Source: Sulfurovaceae bacterium (GTDB taxonomy: Bacteria > Campylobacterota > Campylobacteria > Campylobacterales > Sulfurovaceae). From it: 64,000 nucleotides of DNA. The position numbers were made by a program, and so were the translations under genes. Below, in pieces: positions 1 to 11,986 of the stretch. The first letter of the stretch is position 1. Each line of letters starts with the position of its first letter. The DNA lies in assembly GCA_963705455.1 (NCBI GenBank), contig CAVPJM010000002.1, forward strand, positions 555,870 to 619,869. The letters are read 5' to 3'. The notes under the pieces are model-generated. The model had not been told where the DNA came from, ran no database searches, and saw nothing but the letters and a program-made list of their open reading frames with translations.

Positions 1-34
1 CTGTAAATTATATTAAATAAACGAAGGAAAAAAC

Positions 35-1481
<1,447 letters not shown>

Positions 1482-1499
1482 GTGTTAGTTCTTCTATCT

Positions 1500-1525
1500 G
1501 TATTACCACATTTTAGTGGTGATAC
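1500..1525 (+). terminator. Stem-loop after guaB, probable terminator
   Basis: gtattaccac / gtggtgatac inverted repeat with one G-U pair; no strong U-tract. Confidence 0.4.
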
Positions 1526-1623
1526 ACCATCCATCATAATCTATCTTTCTTTTCTATTAATTAATCCTCTCTTCAAGCAATCACAAGCTATAATTTACCT
1601 ATATAATTAAATAAGGAATTGTA

Positions 1624-2886
1624 ATGCACGAACAAACACTAGCCGTCCATGCAGGATATGATAAAGATTCACAAGGGACTATGGCAGTTCCTATCTATCA
1701 AAGTACAGCGTATGAGTTTAGAGATACAGAACATGCAGCAAATCTTTTTGCACTTAAAGAACTAGGAAATATCTATACACGACTTATGAACCCTACGACA
1801 GATGTCTTTGAAAAGCGTTTTGCTGCACTTGAGGGTGGAGTAGCTGCTATAGGGACTGCTTCTGGTATGTCGGCTATCTTTTATGCTATTGCAAATGTAG
1901 CAGAGGCTGGGGATAATATCATCGTAGCAAAACAAGTATATGGTGGAACAACGACACTGACCGGGCATACTATCAAACGTTTTGGTATAGAGACACGTTA
2001 CTTTGATGTGAGAAATCCTTCTGAAATTGAAGCATTGATAGATGACAAAACTAAGATCATCATTTTTGAGAGTATTACAAATCCGAGTATCGATGTTGCT
2101 GACATCGAAGCTATTGTTGAGATTGCAGATAAATACAATATCATTACATGTGTAGATAATACAGTCGCAACACCTGTGTTATGTAAACCATTAGCACATG
2201 GTGTAGATTTGTCAGTACATAGTACAAGTAAATATACGACTGGACAAGGGTTAGCCCTTGGTGGTATTATCGTTGAGCGTGAGAACTTGGTAGAGAAGAT
2301 CAAAGGTAATGCACGTTATGACCACTTTAACACACCAGATGCAAGTTATCATGGACTTGTTTATAGTGATGTCCCTCTACCACTTTTTACACTTAGAGTA
2401 CGTTTGGCACTTTTACGTGATCTTGGCGGAGCACCAAGTCCATTTAATTCATGGTTGCATATTCAAGGTCTTGAAACACTGCCACTACGAATGAAACAGC
2501 ATTCTAGTTCTGCACTTGCTATTGCAGAGTTTTTAGAAGCACATCCAAAAGTAAAAAAAGTGAACTATCCTGGGTTGAAATCAAGTGAGCAACATGCTTT
2601 AGTTGAAAAGTACTTTAAAGAGGGGATGGCAAGTGGTCTTCTTTCATTTGAAGTAGAGAGTAAAGAATTGGCACAAAGTATTGCTGATGCTACGGATATC
2701 TTTGCAGTGGTAGTAAATATCGGGGACTCTAAGTCTATCATCACACACCCTGCAAGTACAACACATCAACAGCTTTCAGCACAAGAGTTGATAGAAGCTG
2801 GTGTGCCTGGCGGATTGGTTAGACTTAGTGTTGGTATAGAAGACACACAAGATCTTATTGATGATTTAGCAAAAGCACTTGGATAG
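1624..2886 (+). CDS. metY: O-acetylhomoserine aminocarboxypropyltransferase (sulfhydrylase)
   Basis: Cys/Met PLP-enzyme motifs IYTRLMNPT, DNTVATP, HSTSKY, LVRLSVGIED; adjacent to metX. Confidence 0.92.
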   Translation: MHEQTLAVHAGYDKDSQGTMAVPIYQSTAYEFRDTEHAANLFALKELGNIYTRLMNPTTDVFEKRFAALEGGVAAIGTASGMSAIFYAIANVAEAGDNIIVAKQVYGGTTTLTGHTIKRFGIETRYFDVRNPSEIEALIDDKTKIIIFESITNPSIDVADIEAIVEIADKYNIITCVDNTVATPVLCKPLAHGVDLSVHSTSKYTTGQGLALGGIIVERENLVEKIKGNARYDHFNTPDASYHGLVYSDVPLPLFTLRVRLALLRDLGGAPSPFNSWLHIQGLETLPLRMKQHSSSALAIAEFLEAHPKVKKVNYPGLKSSEQHALVEKYFKEGMASGLLSFEVESKELAQSIADATDIFAVVVNIGDSKSIITHPASTTHQQLSAQELIEAGVPGGLVRLSVGIEDTQDLIDDLAKALG

Positions 2887-2944
2887 TTATAAAGCGCAAA
2901 TAGGGTAAAATTATAAACAATTAACCCAATAACAAAAGCAGTCT

Positions 2945-4039
2945 ATGAAAATCACAACTAAAACAGCACAGTTTAGCTCTCCTCTCTACCTAGAGAGTGG
3001 GCGTATCTTAGAACCGTATGAGATCGCCTATGAGACATATGGAGAGTTAAACGAAGATAAATCCAATGTTATTTTAGTCTGTCATGCGCTTAGCGGTTCT
3101 CATCATGCAGCCGGAATTTATGAAGGTGAGCAAAAAGCTGGTTGGTGGGATGGACTTATTGGTGATGGAAAAGCCATCGATACAAATAAATACTTTGTTA
3201 TATGTACGAATGTACTAGGATCTTGTTTTGGTACAACTGGACCTATGAGCCCTAACTATCCGAGTAAAGATCCTTATAGACTGAGATTTCCTGTAGTGAC
3301 CATTAAAGATATGGTGCGTGCACAGATGCATCTTCTTTCTCAGCTGGGTATATACCATGTACATGCTGTTATAGGCGGTTCTATGGGAGGTATGCAAGCA
3401 CTGCAATTTGCAGTGGATTATCCAAATTTTGCAGATGAGATAATCTCTCTTGCCGCTACCTATGCAACAAGACCTTGGACAATGGCATTTAATAAAGTAG
3501 CTGTTGAAGCAATACGTAGAGATCCAAGATTTAATCATGGTAATTATGAAAAAAATGCCTTTAAAGAAAAAGGATTGGATGGTTTGGCTATAGGACGTAT
3601 AGCAGGTCATATCTCTTATCTTGCACCAGAATCCATGGATGATAAGTTTGGCCGTAATTATGTGAATAATGATGGTCTTTTTGAACTTTTCGGACGTTAC
3701 GAGGTTGAGAGATACATGGAGTACAATACCAATAATTTTTCACGTATATTTGACCCGCTTTCTTATCTTTATATTGTAAAAGCGATCAATACATTTAATC
3801 TAAGTCGTGGATATGATTCTTTGCATGATGCAATTTCTCGAATTAAAGCAAATGTGCATCTGATAAGCTTTTCATCTGATTATCTCTTTTTCCCTTCTGA
3901 GATGGAACATATTGCTAAGATGATGAAACGTAATGAGCAACCGTATACTTATCTGGAAGTTCAGAGTAATTATGGACATGATGCTTTTTTAGTAGAGTTA
4001 AATAAATTTGAAGATCATATCAAGGATGTATTAAAATGA
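2945..4039 (+). CDS. metX: Homoserine O-acetyltransferase
   Basis: CHALSG, GGSMGGMQ nucleophile elbow, YGHDAFL. Confidence 0.95.
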   Translation: MKITTKTAQFSSPLYLESGRILEPYEIAYETYGELNEDKSNVILVCHALSGSHHAAGIYEGEQKAGWWDGLIGDGKAIDTNKYFVICTNVLGSCFGTTGPMSPNYPSKDPYRLRFPVVTIKDMVRAQMHLLSQLGIYHVHAVIGGSMGGMQALQFAVDYPNFADEIISLAATYATRPWTMAFNKVAVEAIRRDPRFNHGNYEKNAFKEKGLDGLAIGRIAGHISYLAPESMDDKFGRNYVNNDGLFELFGRYEVERYMEYNTNNFSRIFDPLSYLYIVKAINTFNLSRGYDSLHDAISRIKANVHLISFSSDYLFFPSEMEHIAKMMKRNEQPYTYLEVQSNYGHDAFLVELNKFEDHIKDVLK

Positions 4040-4245
4040 AAAATGAAACCTTTGAAGAAAAACTAGCATATTCAAAAGAACTTTTAGAAAAATTGATGAA
4101 TCCTGAGATCACACTTGCAGAATCAGTGAAACTATATGAAGAGGGTCTAAAAAATATCAAAGAGGCTCAAACACTTATAGAAGAAGCAAAAACAAAAATT
4201 ACAGTGATCGAACAATCTAACCAAAATACGGGGGATAATGCATAA
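4036..4245 (+). CDS. xseB: Exodeoxyribonuclease VII small subunit
   Basis: TFEEKL...ITLAESVKLYEEG pattern, 69 aa. Confidence 0.88.
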   Translation: MKNETFEEKLAYSKELLEKLMNPEITLAESVKLYEEGLKNIKEAQTLIEEAKTKITVIEQSNQNTGDNA

Positions 4246-5048
4246 TGGCACAGCTTGTTGTAGCAGCGCTTCAACTGCCAACGCTGGGTATGAATGCCAC
4301 AAGACTGGAGTTTTACCTCAAACAAGCTAAACAAAGAAATGCAGATGTAATGCTTCTTGGTGAGTATGTATTGAATCATTTTTTCAAAGAGTTTGCTACG
4401 ATGTCACCAAATATGGTTAAAGAACAGACACGTAAACATACAGAACTTCTTAAAAATCTTTCTGAAAAATATGATATTGTTTTTGTAGCACCTATTATTG
4501 TGACTAAAAAAGATGGGTATCATAAAACTATTGTAAAGATCACGCCTAACAATACGAGATATTATGAACAGCAGATTCTTCTTCCTTATGCACACTGGAA
4601 TGAAAAGAAGTTCTTTGCAAACCCTATTAAACCGCTTAAAGACCCTATGACATTCAATATCAAAGGGTTTAAGGTGATGGTCATGGCTGGATTTGAACTT
4701 CATTTTGATCATTTTTGGCAAAGAGTTACTGAAAAAAAGATTGACCTGGTACTTCTTCCTACCGCTTCAACATTTGGGTCTCACAACCGTTGGAGAGAGA
4801 TCATTAAAACAAAAGCCTTTTTACATGGGTGTTATATACTTAGAGCAAACCGCTTAGGCGAATACAGTGATAATGAAGTCAAATGGAAATTTTATGGTGA
4901 CACGATGCTGGTTTCTCCAGAAGGTGAAGTAGATATGATGCTTGAAGATAAAGAGTCAATGCTGGTAGAAATGATAGATAAAAGTGAAGTTTTAGAACAT
5001 CGTAAAGCATGGGCATTTGAAAAAGAGTTACAGTTAAGAACGGAATAG
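4245..5048 (+). CDS. Carbon-nitrogen hydrolase (nitrilase-fold) family protein
   Basis: VAALQL, LLGEY, ANRLG, FYGDTMLVSPEG; conserved next to xseB in Campylobacterota. Confidence 0.8.
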   Translation: MAQLVVAALQLPTLGMNATRLEFYLKQAKQRNADVMLLGEYVLNHFFKEFATMSPNMVKEQTRKHTELLKNLSEKYDIVFVAPIIVTKKDGYHKTIVKITPNNTRYYEQQILLPYAHWNEKKFFANPIKPLKDPMTFNIKGFKVMVMAGFELHFDHFWQRVTEKKIDLVLLPTASTFGSHNRWREIIKTKAFLHGCYILRANRLGEYSDNEVKWKFYGDTMLVSPEGEVDMMLEDKESMLVEMIDKSEVLEHRKAWAFEKELQLRTE

Positions 5049-5100
5049 TCCTTTCTTAGTAAAAAATACTTATTATAGAAATGTATAAAAAGGATTTGAT

Positions 5101-5776
5101 ATGACACCAGAACAATACTTTAACAGACAGATACAGTTATGGGGTGAGTCTACACAAAAGGCCCTTCAAAATAAGAAAATAGCTATTATCGGTTCTGGTG
5201 GGCTAGGATCTACTTTAGCGATGGCTCTAGGTACATCAGGTATTGGTGAGATACATATGGTTGATTTTGATACCGTTTCAAATCATAATATACATAGACA
5301 AATAGCATTTACTCTTAATGATGAAGGAAAAAATAAAGCCAAAACGGTAGCTGCGCTTATTGAGTCTAAAAACCCTTTTGTCAGAGCTCTTGCTTTTGAT
5401 ATGGACTTTGATGCATTCAAAGATATGGGAAACACTTATGATCTTATACTTGATGCGACAGATAATCTTCCAGTTAGAGGAGAGATAGATAAACATGCAA
5501 AAGAGACAAATACACCTTGGATGTATGCAAGTGTAGAAGAGTTTAACGGACAGGTCTGTTTCTTTGATCAGGCTAACTTCCAAGTCTTTAATATCTCAGA
5601 TCATAAACCTGGCGGTATTGCTGCACCGATCGTTATGCATATAGGATCCTTACAGGCAAATCTGGCATTAAGATACTTAGCAGGGACTTTCTGTGACAAA
5701 AGATAAACTCTATTATCTTTATTTTAATGATGAAGGTGAGTTGATTACACAAAAATTTGGTATGCCAAAGGCGTAA
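5101..5776 (+). CDS. ThiF/MoeB/HesA-family adenylyltransferase, frameshift near the C-terminus
   Basis: YFNRQI, IIGSGGLG, DFDTVSNHNIHRQ, LDATDN; continues in a shifted frame to TAA at 5776. Confidence 0.85.
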
Positions 5777-5824
5777 ATCTAAAAGAAATAGTGCTAAAAT
5801 ACGATTATAGAATAAAGGGTCACT

Positions 5825-6166
5825 ATGAAATTAAAAGCATTACTTTTATCAGGAATGGTTTTGTTGTTAGTTGGATGTACACAAGAGACTCAAAACAGTC
5901 TTAGTCGTTCACTTCAGAACTGGACAGGTACGGATGGTGTACTTGATATCTATGCCGGTGATAAACTGGTACATAAATTTATCAAGATAGATAAACTTTC
6001 AACAGCATATGGAAGTAATGACAGCAAGATGAGACCATACCGTTATGGTTATGGATATGATGATCTAAATTTTAATGGTAAAAAGGATGAGGGGGAGGTG
6101 AAAGTCTATTTTGAGTTTTCTGACTATTCAACCTCTTATATATTTTATGAAAGAAATACAAAATAA
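5825..6166 (+). CDS. Hypothetical lipoprotein
   Basis: Signal peptide with LLVGC lipobox; RBS upstream. Confidence 0.7.
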   Translation: MKLKALLLSGMVLLLVGCTQETQNSLSRSLQNWTGTDGVLDIYAGDKLVHKFIKIDKLSTAYGSNDSKMRPYRYGYGYDDLNFNGKKDEGEVKVYFEFSDYSTSYIFYERNTK

Positions 6167-6188
6167 CTACATTTAAAGGATAGTAACT

Positions 6189-6591
6189 ATGAAATTTATT
6201 TCGACAAACAATGCACCACAGGCGATCGGACCATATTCACAGGCAGTTAAAGTGAATGGAATGATCTATACTTCAGGACAGATCGGTTTGACACATGAGG
6301 GTGTATTTGCTGCAACAGATGTGGCTGGTCAGATGCATCAGGTGATGAAGAATCTTGACAGCTGTATTGGATGCAGGTGGCGTAACGCTAAACGAAGTGA
6401 TTAAGACAACGATCTTTTTAGCAGATATGAATGACTTTGCAGTTGTAAATGATATCTATGCTTCTTATTTTGGAACGCACAGACCGGTGAGAAGTACTGT
6501 AGCAGTCAAGACATTGCCTGCAAATGCTCTTGTAGAGATAGACTGTATAGCGCTATCAAATGGATTAACAGGTGGAGATTACTCATACTAG
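6189..6591 (+). CDS. ridA: RidA/YjgF enamine-imine deaminase, 1 frameshift
   Basis: APQAIGPYSQAV, YTSGQI, RPVRSTVAV, LVEIDCIA. Confidence 0.9.
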
Positions 6592-6636
6592 CGGATAAAT
6601 ATGTTAAGTTTAAAAAAATATTAAAATAACTTTGGG

Positions 6637-6642
6637 TATAAT
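6637..6642 (+). promoter_or_regulatory. Sigma70 -10 box upstream of rplU
   Basis: TATAAT about 45 nt before the rplU start. Confidence 0.55.
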
Positions 6643-6684
6643 CACGAACTTTTTTAAAAAACAATAAGATATAAAGGGTTTGCA

Positions 6685-6990
6685 ATGTACGCAATCATTA
6701 AAGCAAGTGGCCAACAATTTAAAGTTCAAGAGGGTGATATCATCTGTTTTGACAACATGAGTCTTGAGCCAAAAGCAGCGGTAGAATTCAAAGAAGTTCT
6801 AGCGCTTGACAACGGTGAATTAACTGTAGGAGCTCCATTCGTAGAGGGTGCTGTAGTTAAAGGTGAGGTGATCAATGAAGGTAGAGATAAAAAAGTTATC
6901 ATCTACAAGAAAAGAAGAAGAAAAGATTCAAAACTTAAAAGAGGTTTCAGAAGAGACTTTACAAGAGTTAGAATTACTAAAGTAGCATAA
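6685..6990 (+). CDS. rplU: 50S ribosomal protein L21
   Basis: [22 protein letters not shown]...GFRR. Confidence 0.98.
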   Translation: MYAIIKASGQQFKVQEGDIICFDNMSLEPKAAVEFKEVLALDNGELTVGAPFVEGAVVKGEVINEGRDKKVIIYKKRRRKDSKLKRGFRRDFTRVRITKVA

Positions 6991-6999
6991 GGAGCTCAG

Positions 7000-7254
7000 A
7001 TGGCACACAAGAAAGGACAAGGATCCACTCAGAATAACCGAGATTCAGCTGGACGTCGTTTAGGCGTTAAAAAATTTGGTGGTGAAACAGTTATCCCTGG
7101 TAACATTATCATCAGACAAAGAGGAACTAAAGTTCACCCAGGTAATGGTGTAGGAATGGGTAAAGATCATACTTTATTTGCACTTGTAGAAGGTGTAGTT
7201 AAATTTGACAACAAATCTGCATCTCAAAAGAAAGTTTCAGTAGTACCTGCATAA
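7000..7254 (+). CDS. rpmA: 50S ribosomal protein L27
   Basis: [21 protein letters not shown]. Confidence 0.99.
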   Translation: MAHKKGQGSTQNNRDSAGRRLGVKKFGGETVIPGNIIIRQRGTKVHPGNGVGMGKDHTLFALVEGVVKFDNKSASQKKVSVVPA

Positions 7255-7261
7255 TCCCTAG

Positions 7262-7287
7262 ATAAGTCCGACAAGTTTCGGACTTAT
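7262..7287. terminator. Stem-loop between convergent rpmA and lipoprotein gene
   Basis: Perfect 10-bp stem ataagtccga / tcggacttat, 6-nt loop. Confidence 0.65.
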
Positions 7288-7315
7288 TTATCTGATCTCT
7301 ATCAGATCAATTTTC

Positions 7316-7615
7316 CTATTTTTTCTCATCCTCTATATCTAATAGATGTAGGCATCTATTTCGACCTAAAAACCAACCATTATTATAATCCCGACTATTA
7401 TTAAAAAGCATATGTGATTTTGTATACTTTCCTTTAGAAGTGCTACATCCATCTGCAATCCCCTGTTGATAGTCTACAGAAAAGTTTTTACCAAAATAGA
7501 TACCACTGTGAGAATATCCATTTATGGGTATAGATTTATTTTTTGAACTACAGCCACTTAAATAGAATAATATACTGCCAATTGCCAATAATGGTATTGA
7601 TTTTTGATGAAACAT
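7316..7615 (-). CDS. Hypothetical small lipoprotein
   Basis: Hydrophobic leader with LSGC lipobox; repeated DYxxG motifs; TATAAT on the minus strand at 7644-7649. Confidence 0.7.
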   Translation of the reverse strand: MFHQKSIPLLAIGSILFYLSGCSSKNKSIPINGYSHSGIYFGKNFSVDYQQGIADGCSTSKGKYTKSHMLFNNSRDYNNGWFLGRNRCLHLLDIEDEKK

Positions 7616-7753
7616 TTATTTGCCTTTTAGATCAAATATAAAAATTATAGCGATTATTCCCCTAATTTAGGTATAATTTCGTAATTCATATACTATGGTC
7701 ATTATACGTAGGGTATATAGCGATAGTTTTTTTCACAAGATTAAAGGTTATAA

Positions 7754-8870
7754 ATGTTTGTAGATAGTGTAGAACTAACAATTAGTTCTGGTAAAGGTGG
7801 TGCAGGTGCCATCTCTTTTTGGACAGAAAAGTTTGTTTCTAAAGGTGGTCCTGACGGTGGAGATGGTGGACGTGGAGGTTCTGTATTTTTTAAAGTAGAT
7901 AACAATACAGATACACTTTCAGCACTACGTGGTCGAAATCATATTAAAGCAGAAAATGGTCGTCCTGGTGAAGGACGGAAGTGTTATGGACGTAAAGGTC
8001 AAGATACCATTATTACCGTTCCTCCTGGTACTACTGTAGTTGACATGGAGACAGGTGAAGAACTTCTTGATCTTGTTAATGAGGGTGAGACTGTTCATGT
8101 TCATTGAAGGCGGTAAAGGTGGCTTGGGAAATATGCACTTTAAGAGTTCAAGTAATCAAAGACCTACCTATGCACAACCTGGACTGCCTGGGATTACTAA
8201 GCATGTAAGACTTGAAATGAAACTTATTGCAGATGTAGGTTTGGTTGGATATCCGAATGTAGGAAAATCTACACTTATCTCTACACTTTCAAACGCAAGG
8301 CCAGAAGTAGCCAATTATGAGTTTACTACACTGACACCGAAACTTGGTGTGGTGCATATGGGTGATTTTGATTCATTTATGATGGCAGATATCCCTGGTA
8401 TTATCGAGGGTGCTAGTGATGGCAGAGGTTTGGGATTAGAGTTTTTAAAGCATATTGAGAGAACCAAAACACTGCTTTTGATGATCGATGCAGCCAATTA
8501 CAGAGAGATGAAATATCAGTATGAGACACTTCTTGTTGAATTACAGCGTTATTCTGAAACACTTGCAACACGAAAACATGCGATTGCTATTACAAAAATT
8601 GATTCACTTTCACAAGATGAGGTTAATGTCTTGACAGAAACATTTTTATCGGACATAGGTTTAGAAGCGAATGATACATTACATAAATATAAAGCAGATC
8701 CAAACTATCTAAGTTATGGATTTAAGACAGACTTTGGTGTGAAATTACCAGAGGATAAACCATTTTTTGTACTCCCTATCTCATCTGTTGCACATATAAA
8801 TACTGAGGCATTACGTTATGCTATCGGTGATTTTATAAAAAATGTTAAAGTAGAAAATGAAGCTGAGTAA
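7754..8870 (+). CDS. obgE: GTPase ObgE, 1 frameshift
   Basis: [29 protein letters not shown]. Confidence 0.97.
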
Positions 8871-8879
8871 GTAGGGTTT

Positions 8880-9644
8880 ATGAAAAGAATAGTCATTAAA
8901 GTAGGCTCTCATGTCTTAACAGAAAATGGAGCTATTGCAAAGCCACGTATGTTGGCATTGGTAGAGTTGATCGCTAAATTAAAATTACATAAATATGATG
9001 TGATCTTGGTGAGTTCTGGTGCTGTATCTGCAGGTTATACACAGTTACCGTTAGATAGAAGTGTAGTGGCAAATAAACAGGCCCTTGCTGCTATTGGACA
9101 ACCCTATTTACTTAAAATGTATCAAGAGAAGTTTGCCAGATTTGATTTACTTTGTTCACAAGTACTTTTAAGTGCAGATGTTTTCGATTCTAGAAAACAT
9201 ACAGAACATGCTAAAAATGCCATAGATACACTTTTAAAAAATAATGTCGTACCTATCATCAATGAAAATGATACAGTAAGTATTGAAGAATTGGTTTTTG
9301 GTGACAATGACAGGCTCTCTGCACATGTTGCACACTACTTTGATGCATCACTGCTTGTGATACTTTCAGACATTGATGCCTTTTATGATAAAGATCCAAA
9401 TAAATATGATGATGCCAAACGTAGAGCAGTAGTAAATGCTCTTGGAGAGGATGAACTTAATGCTGAACATACGCCAAATAATGAATTTGCTACAGGTGGT
9501 ATTGTGACTAAACTTCAATCTGCAGATTTCTTAATGAAGCAAGGTAGAGAGATGTTTTTAGCAAGTGGATTTGATCTTAGTGATGTCAAAGCCTTTCTTA
9601 TTGAGGGTGAACATAAGGGTGGAACACTTTTCAAGGCTTTATAG
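8880..9644 (+). CDS. proB: Glutamate 5-kinase, no PUA domain
   Basis: [29 protein letters not shown]. Confidence 0.96.
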   Translation: MKRIVIKVGSHVLTENGAIAKPRMLALVELIAKLKLHKYDVILVSSGAVSAGYTQLPLDRSVVANKQALAAIGQPYLLKMYQEKFARFDLLCSQVLLSADVFDSRKHTEHAKNAIDTLLKNNVVPIINENDTVSIEELVFGDNDRLSAHVAHYFDASLLVILSDIDAFYDKDPNKYDDAKRRAVVNALGEDELNAEHTPNNEFATGGIVTKLQSADFLMKQGREMFLASGFDLSDVKAFLIEGEHKGGTLFKAL

Positions 9645-9671
9645 CATTTGATTTGTAACAAGAAGAATAGC

Positions 9672-10586
9672 ATGAAATATAAAATAGTTTACATGGGAAC
9701 ACCCCACTACGCAAAAGAGATCCTTAATACATTGATAGAAGCTGAAGATATGGAAGTCACTTTGGTTTTAACACAGCCAGACCGTCCAGTAGGACGCAAG
9801 AAAGTGTTGACACCACCACCAGTGAAATCATTAGCATTGGATCATGGTATCAATGTCTTACAGCCTAACCGTCTAAGTGATGAAGGTATAGAAAATGCTA
9901 TCAAAGAGATGAAACCTGATTTTATAGTGGTGGCTGCATTCGGACAGATCTTACCTAAGAGTATATTGGAGATTGCTCCCTGTATTAATTTACATGCTTC
10001 ATTGTTACCTCAGTATAGAGGGGCATCTCCTGTACAGCAATCTTTACTCAATGGTGATGAAAAAACGGGTGTGACTTCCATGTTGATGGAAGAAGGGTTA
10101 GATACTGGTCCTATGCTTGAGAAATTGGAGTTTATTATACCAGTAGAGATGCGTCTTCATGCATTGATGGCACAATTGACTTCTGATGCATGTCAACTTA
10201 CACTTAGTACACTGAGAAACTATTATAACATCACTCCAGAAATACAAGATGAATCAGAAGCCACACTTTGTAAAAAAATTAAAAAAAGTGATGGTGAAGT
10301 GGATTTTGAAGATGCAAATGTGATTTATAATAAATACCGTGCATTTGAAGGATGGCCAGGTATTTTTACTTCAAATGGTACAAAACTAGATGGATTAAGT
10401 CTTATAGATATTACATCGAATAACAAAGTTTCAGAGATTCTTTCATTTGATGAGGATAGTGCAGTAGTCGGATGTAAAAAAGGAGCATTGAAAATAGCAA
10501 CTTTACAGCCTGCATCTAAAAAACCGATGTCGGCCAAAGCATATTGTGTAGGAAGGGGGATGAAAATTGGAGATACTCTATTTTAA
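9672..10586 (+). CDS. fmt: Methionyl-tRNA formyltransferase
   Basis: YMGTP, TQPDRPVGR, NLHASLLPQYRGASP. Confidence 0.96.
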   Translation: MKYKIVYMGTPHYAKEILNTLIEAEDMEVTLVLTQPDRPVGRKKVLTPPPVKSLALDHGINVLQPNRLSDEGIENAIKEMKPDFIVVAAFGQILPKSILEIAPCINLHASLLPQYRGASPVQQSLLNGDEKTGVTSMLMEEGLDTGPMLEKLEFIIPVEMRLHALMAQLTSDACQLTLSTLRNYYNITPEIQDESEATLCKKIKKSDGEVDFEDANVIYNKYRAFEGWPGIFTSNGTKLDGLSLIDITSNNKVSEILSFDEDSAVVGCKKGALKIATLQPASKKPMSAKAYCVGRGMKIGDTLF

Positions 10587-11203
10587 TACGCTTCCTTCTA
10601 CACAAAAATATCTGATTGAACAGTTAAAAGAGGGTATGTGTCCAAGCACCTATTGCGGTGATAAGTTCAGAACAAAGTTCAGGTCTAGGCAGTCGTGACA
10701 ATTCATGGTCTGGTGGTGAAGGAAACTTTTTTGCTTCTATCGCAGTAGATTTAGATATGCTTCCTGAAGATCTTCCTCTTGGTTCTGCTTCTATTTACTT
10801 CTCATTTATTATGAAACAAACACTTGAGTCACTTGGTGAAAATATTTGGTTAAAATGGCCAAATGACTTCTATTTAAATGATGATAAAGTAGGTGGAACG
10901 ATTACTAAAAAAGTGAATAATACTTTAGTGTGTGGAATTGGAATAAATTTAAAAAATGAGCAAAATGGCTATAGAGCCTTACAGTGCGATATTTCAGCCC
11001 AAGAACTACTTGAAAATTACGTTTTTGCTCTTGAAAAGTTTCCAAAATGGAAGCAAATCTTTAGTGAATATGAGATAGAATTTAACTTAAGCAGGAAGTT
11101 TTCAGTTCATATTGAAAACTATAAAAAGAGCCTATCTGATGCGACTTTATGTGAGGATGGTTCTTTGATAATAGAGGGGGAGAGGGTGTTTAGTTTACGA
11201 TGA
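10567..11203 (+). CDS. birA: Biotin--acetyl-CoA carboxylase ligase, frameshift near the N-terminus
   Basis: TTG start giving MEILYFNTLPSTQ, then QSSGLGSR, LKWPND, KVGG, GIGIN. Confidence 0.9.
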
Positions 11204-11985
11204 GTGAAGTAATTAGCATAGCCAACCAAAAAGGTGGCGTAGGAAAAACAACAACAGCAGTAAATTTGGCAGCCTCTTTGGCTGAAAAAGGCAAAAAAGT
11301 CCTTCTTTTAGACATCGATCCACAGTCCAATGCAACAACAAGTTTAGGCTTTAGTAGAAGTGATTATGAATATAATATTTATCATGTACTTATAGGAAGT
11401 AAAAAGCTTTCAGAAGTGATACTTAAAACAGAGATAAAAAACCTTAAACTTGTTCCATCAAACATTGGTTTGGTTGGTATAGAAAAAGAGTTCTATAATC
11501 CTAAGGCAAGAAATAGAGAGTTGGTACTTAAAGAAAGAATTAAAGAGGTTTCTTCAAAGTTTGATTTTATTATTATTGATTCACCTCCGGCTCTTGGGCC
11601 TATCACTATTAATGCTTTGAGTGCATCTGATTCTGTGATCATTCCTATTCAATGTGAATTCTTTGCACTTGAAGGTCTTGCACAGTTACTTAATACAGTG
11701 AGTCTTTTGAAAAAAACCATTAATCCAAAACTCAAGATCAAAGGTTTCTTACCTACGATGTACTCTGGACAAAACAATCTTTCAAAACAGGTACTTGCCG
11801 ATTTAAGTCATCACTTCAAAGATAAACTTTTCCACATTAAAAAAGGGAAAGAGTGTATCGTTGTACCACGTAATGTAAAGATAGCCGAGAGTCCAAGTTT
11901 TGGTAAACCGGTTACATCTTATGCTGGAAGTTCTAAAGGTTCTGTAGCATATAGAGACTTGGCAACAGTAATAGCAAGAGGTTAA
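11200..11985 (+). CDS. parA: Chromosome partitioning ATPase ParA/Soj
   Basis: NQKGGVGKTTT, DIDPQSNAT, IDSPP. Confidence 0.96.
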   Translation: MSEVISIANQKGGVGKTTTAVNLAASLAEKGKKVLLLDIDPQSNATTSLGFSRSDYEYNIYHVLIGSKKLSEVILKTEIKNLKLVPSNIGLVGIEKEFYNPKARNRELVLKERIKEVSSKFDFIIIDSPPALGPITINALSASDSVIIPIQCEFFALEGLAQLLNTVSLLKKTINPKLKIKGFLPTMYSGQNNLSKQVLADLSHHFKDKLFHIKKGKECIVVPRNVKIAESPSFGKPVTSYAGSSKGSVAYRDLATVIARG

Positions 11986-11986
11986 A

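Noticed and set aside
1482-1623. SAM riboswitch or T-box upstream of metY
   Set aside because: The region is short and AT-rich with no aptamer consensus. The TATAAT at 1589-1594 leaves only a very short leader.
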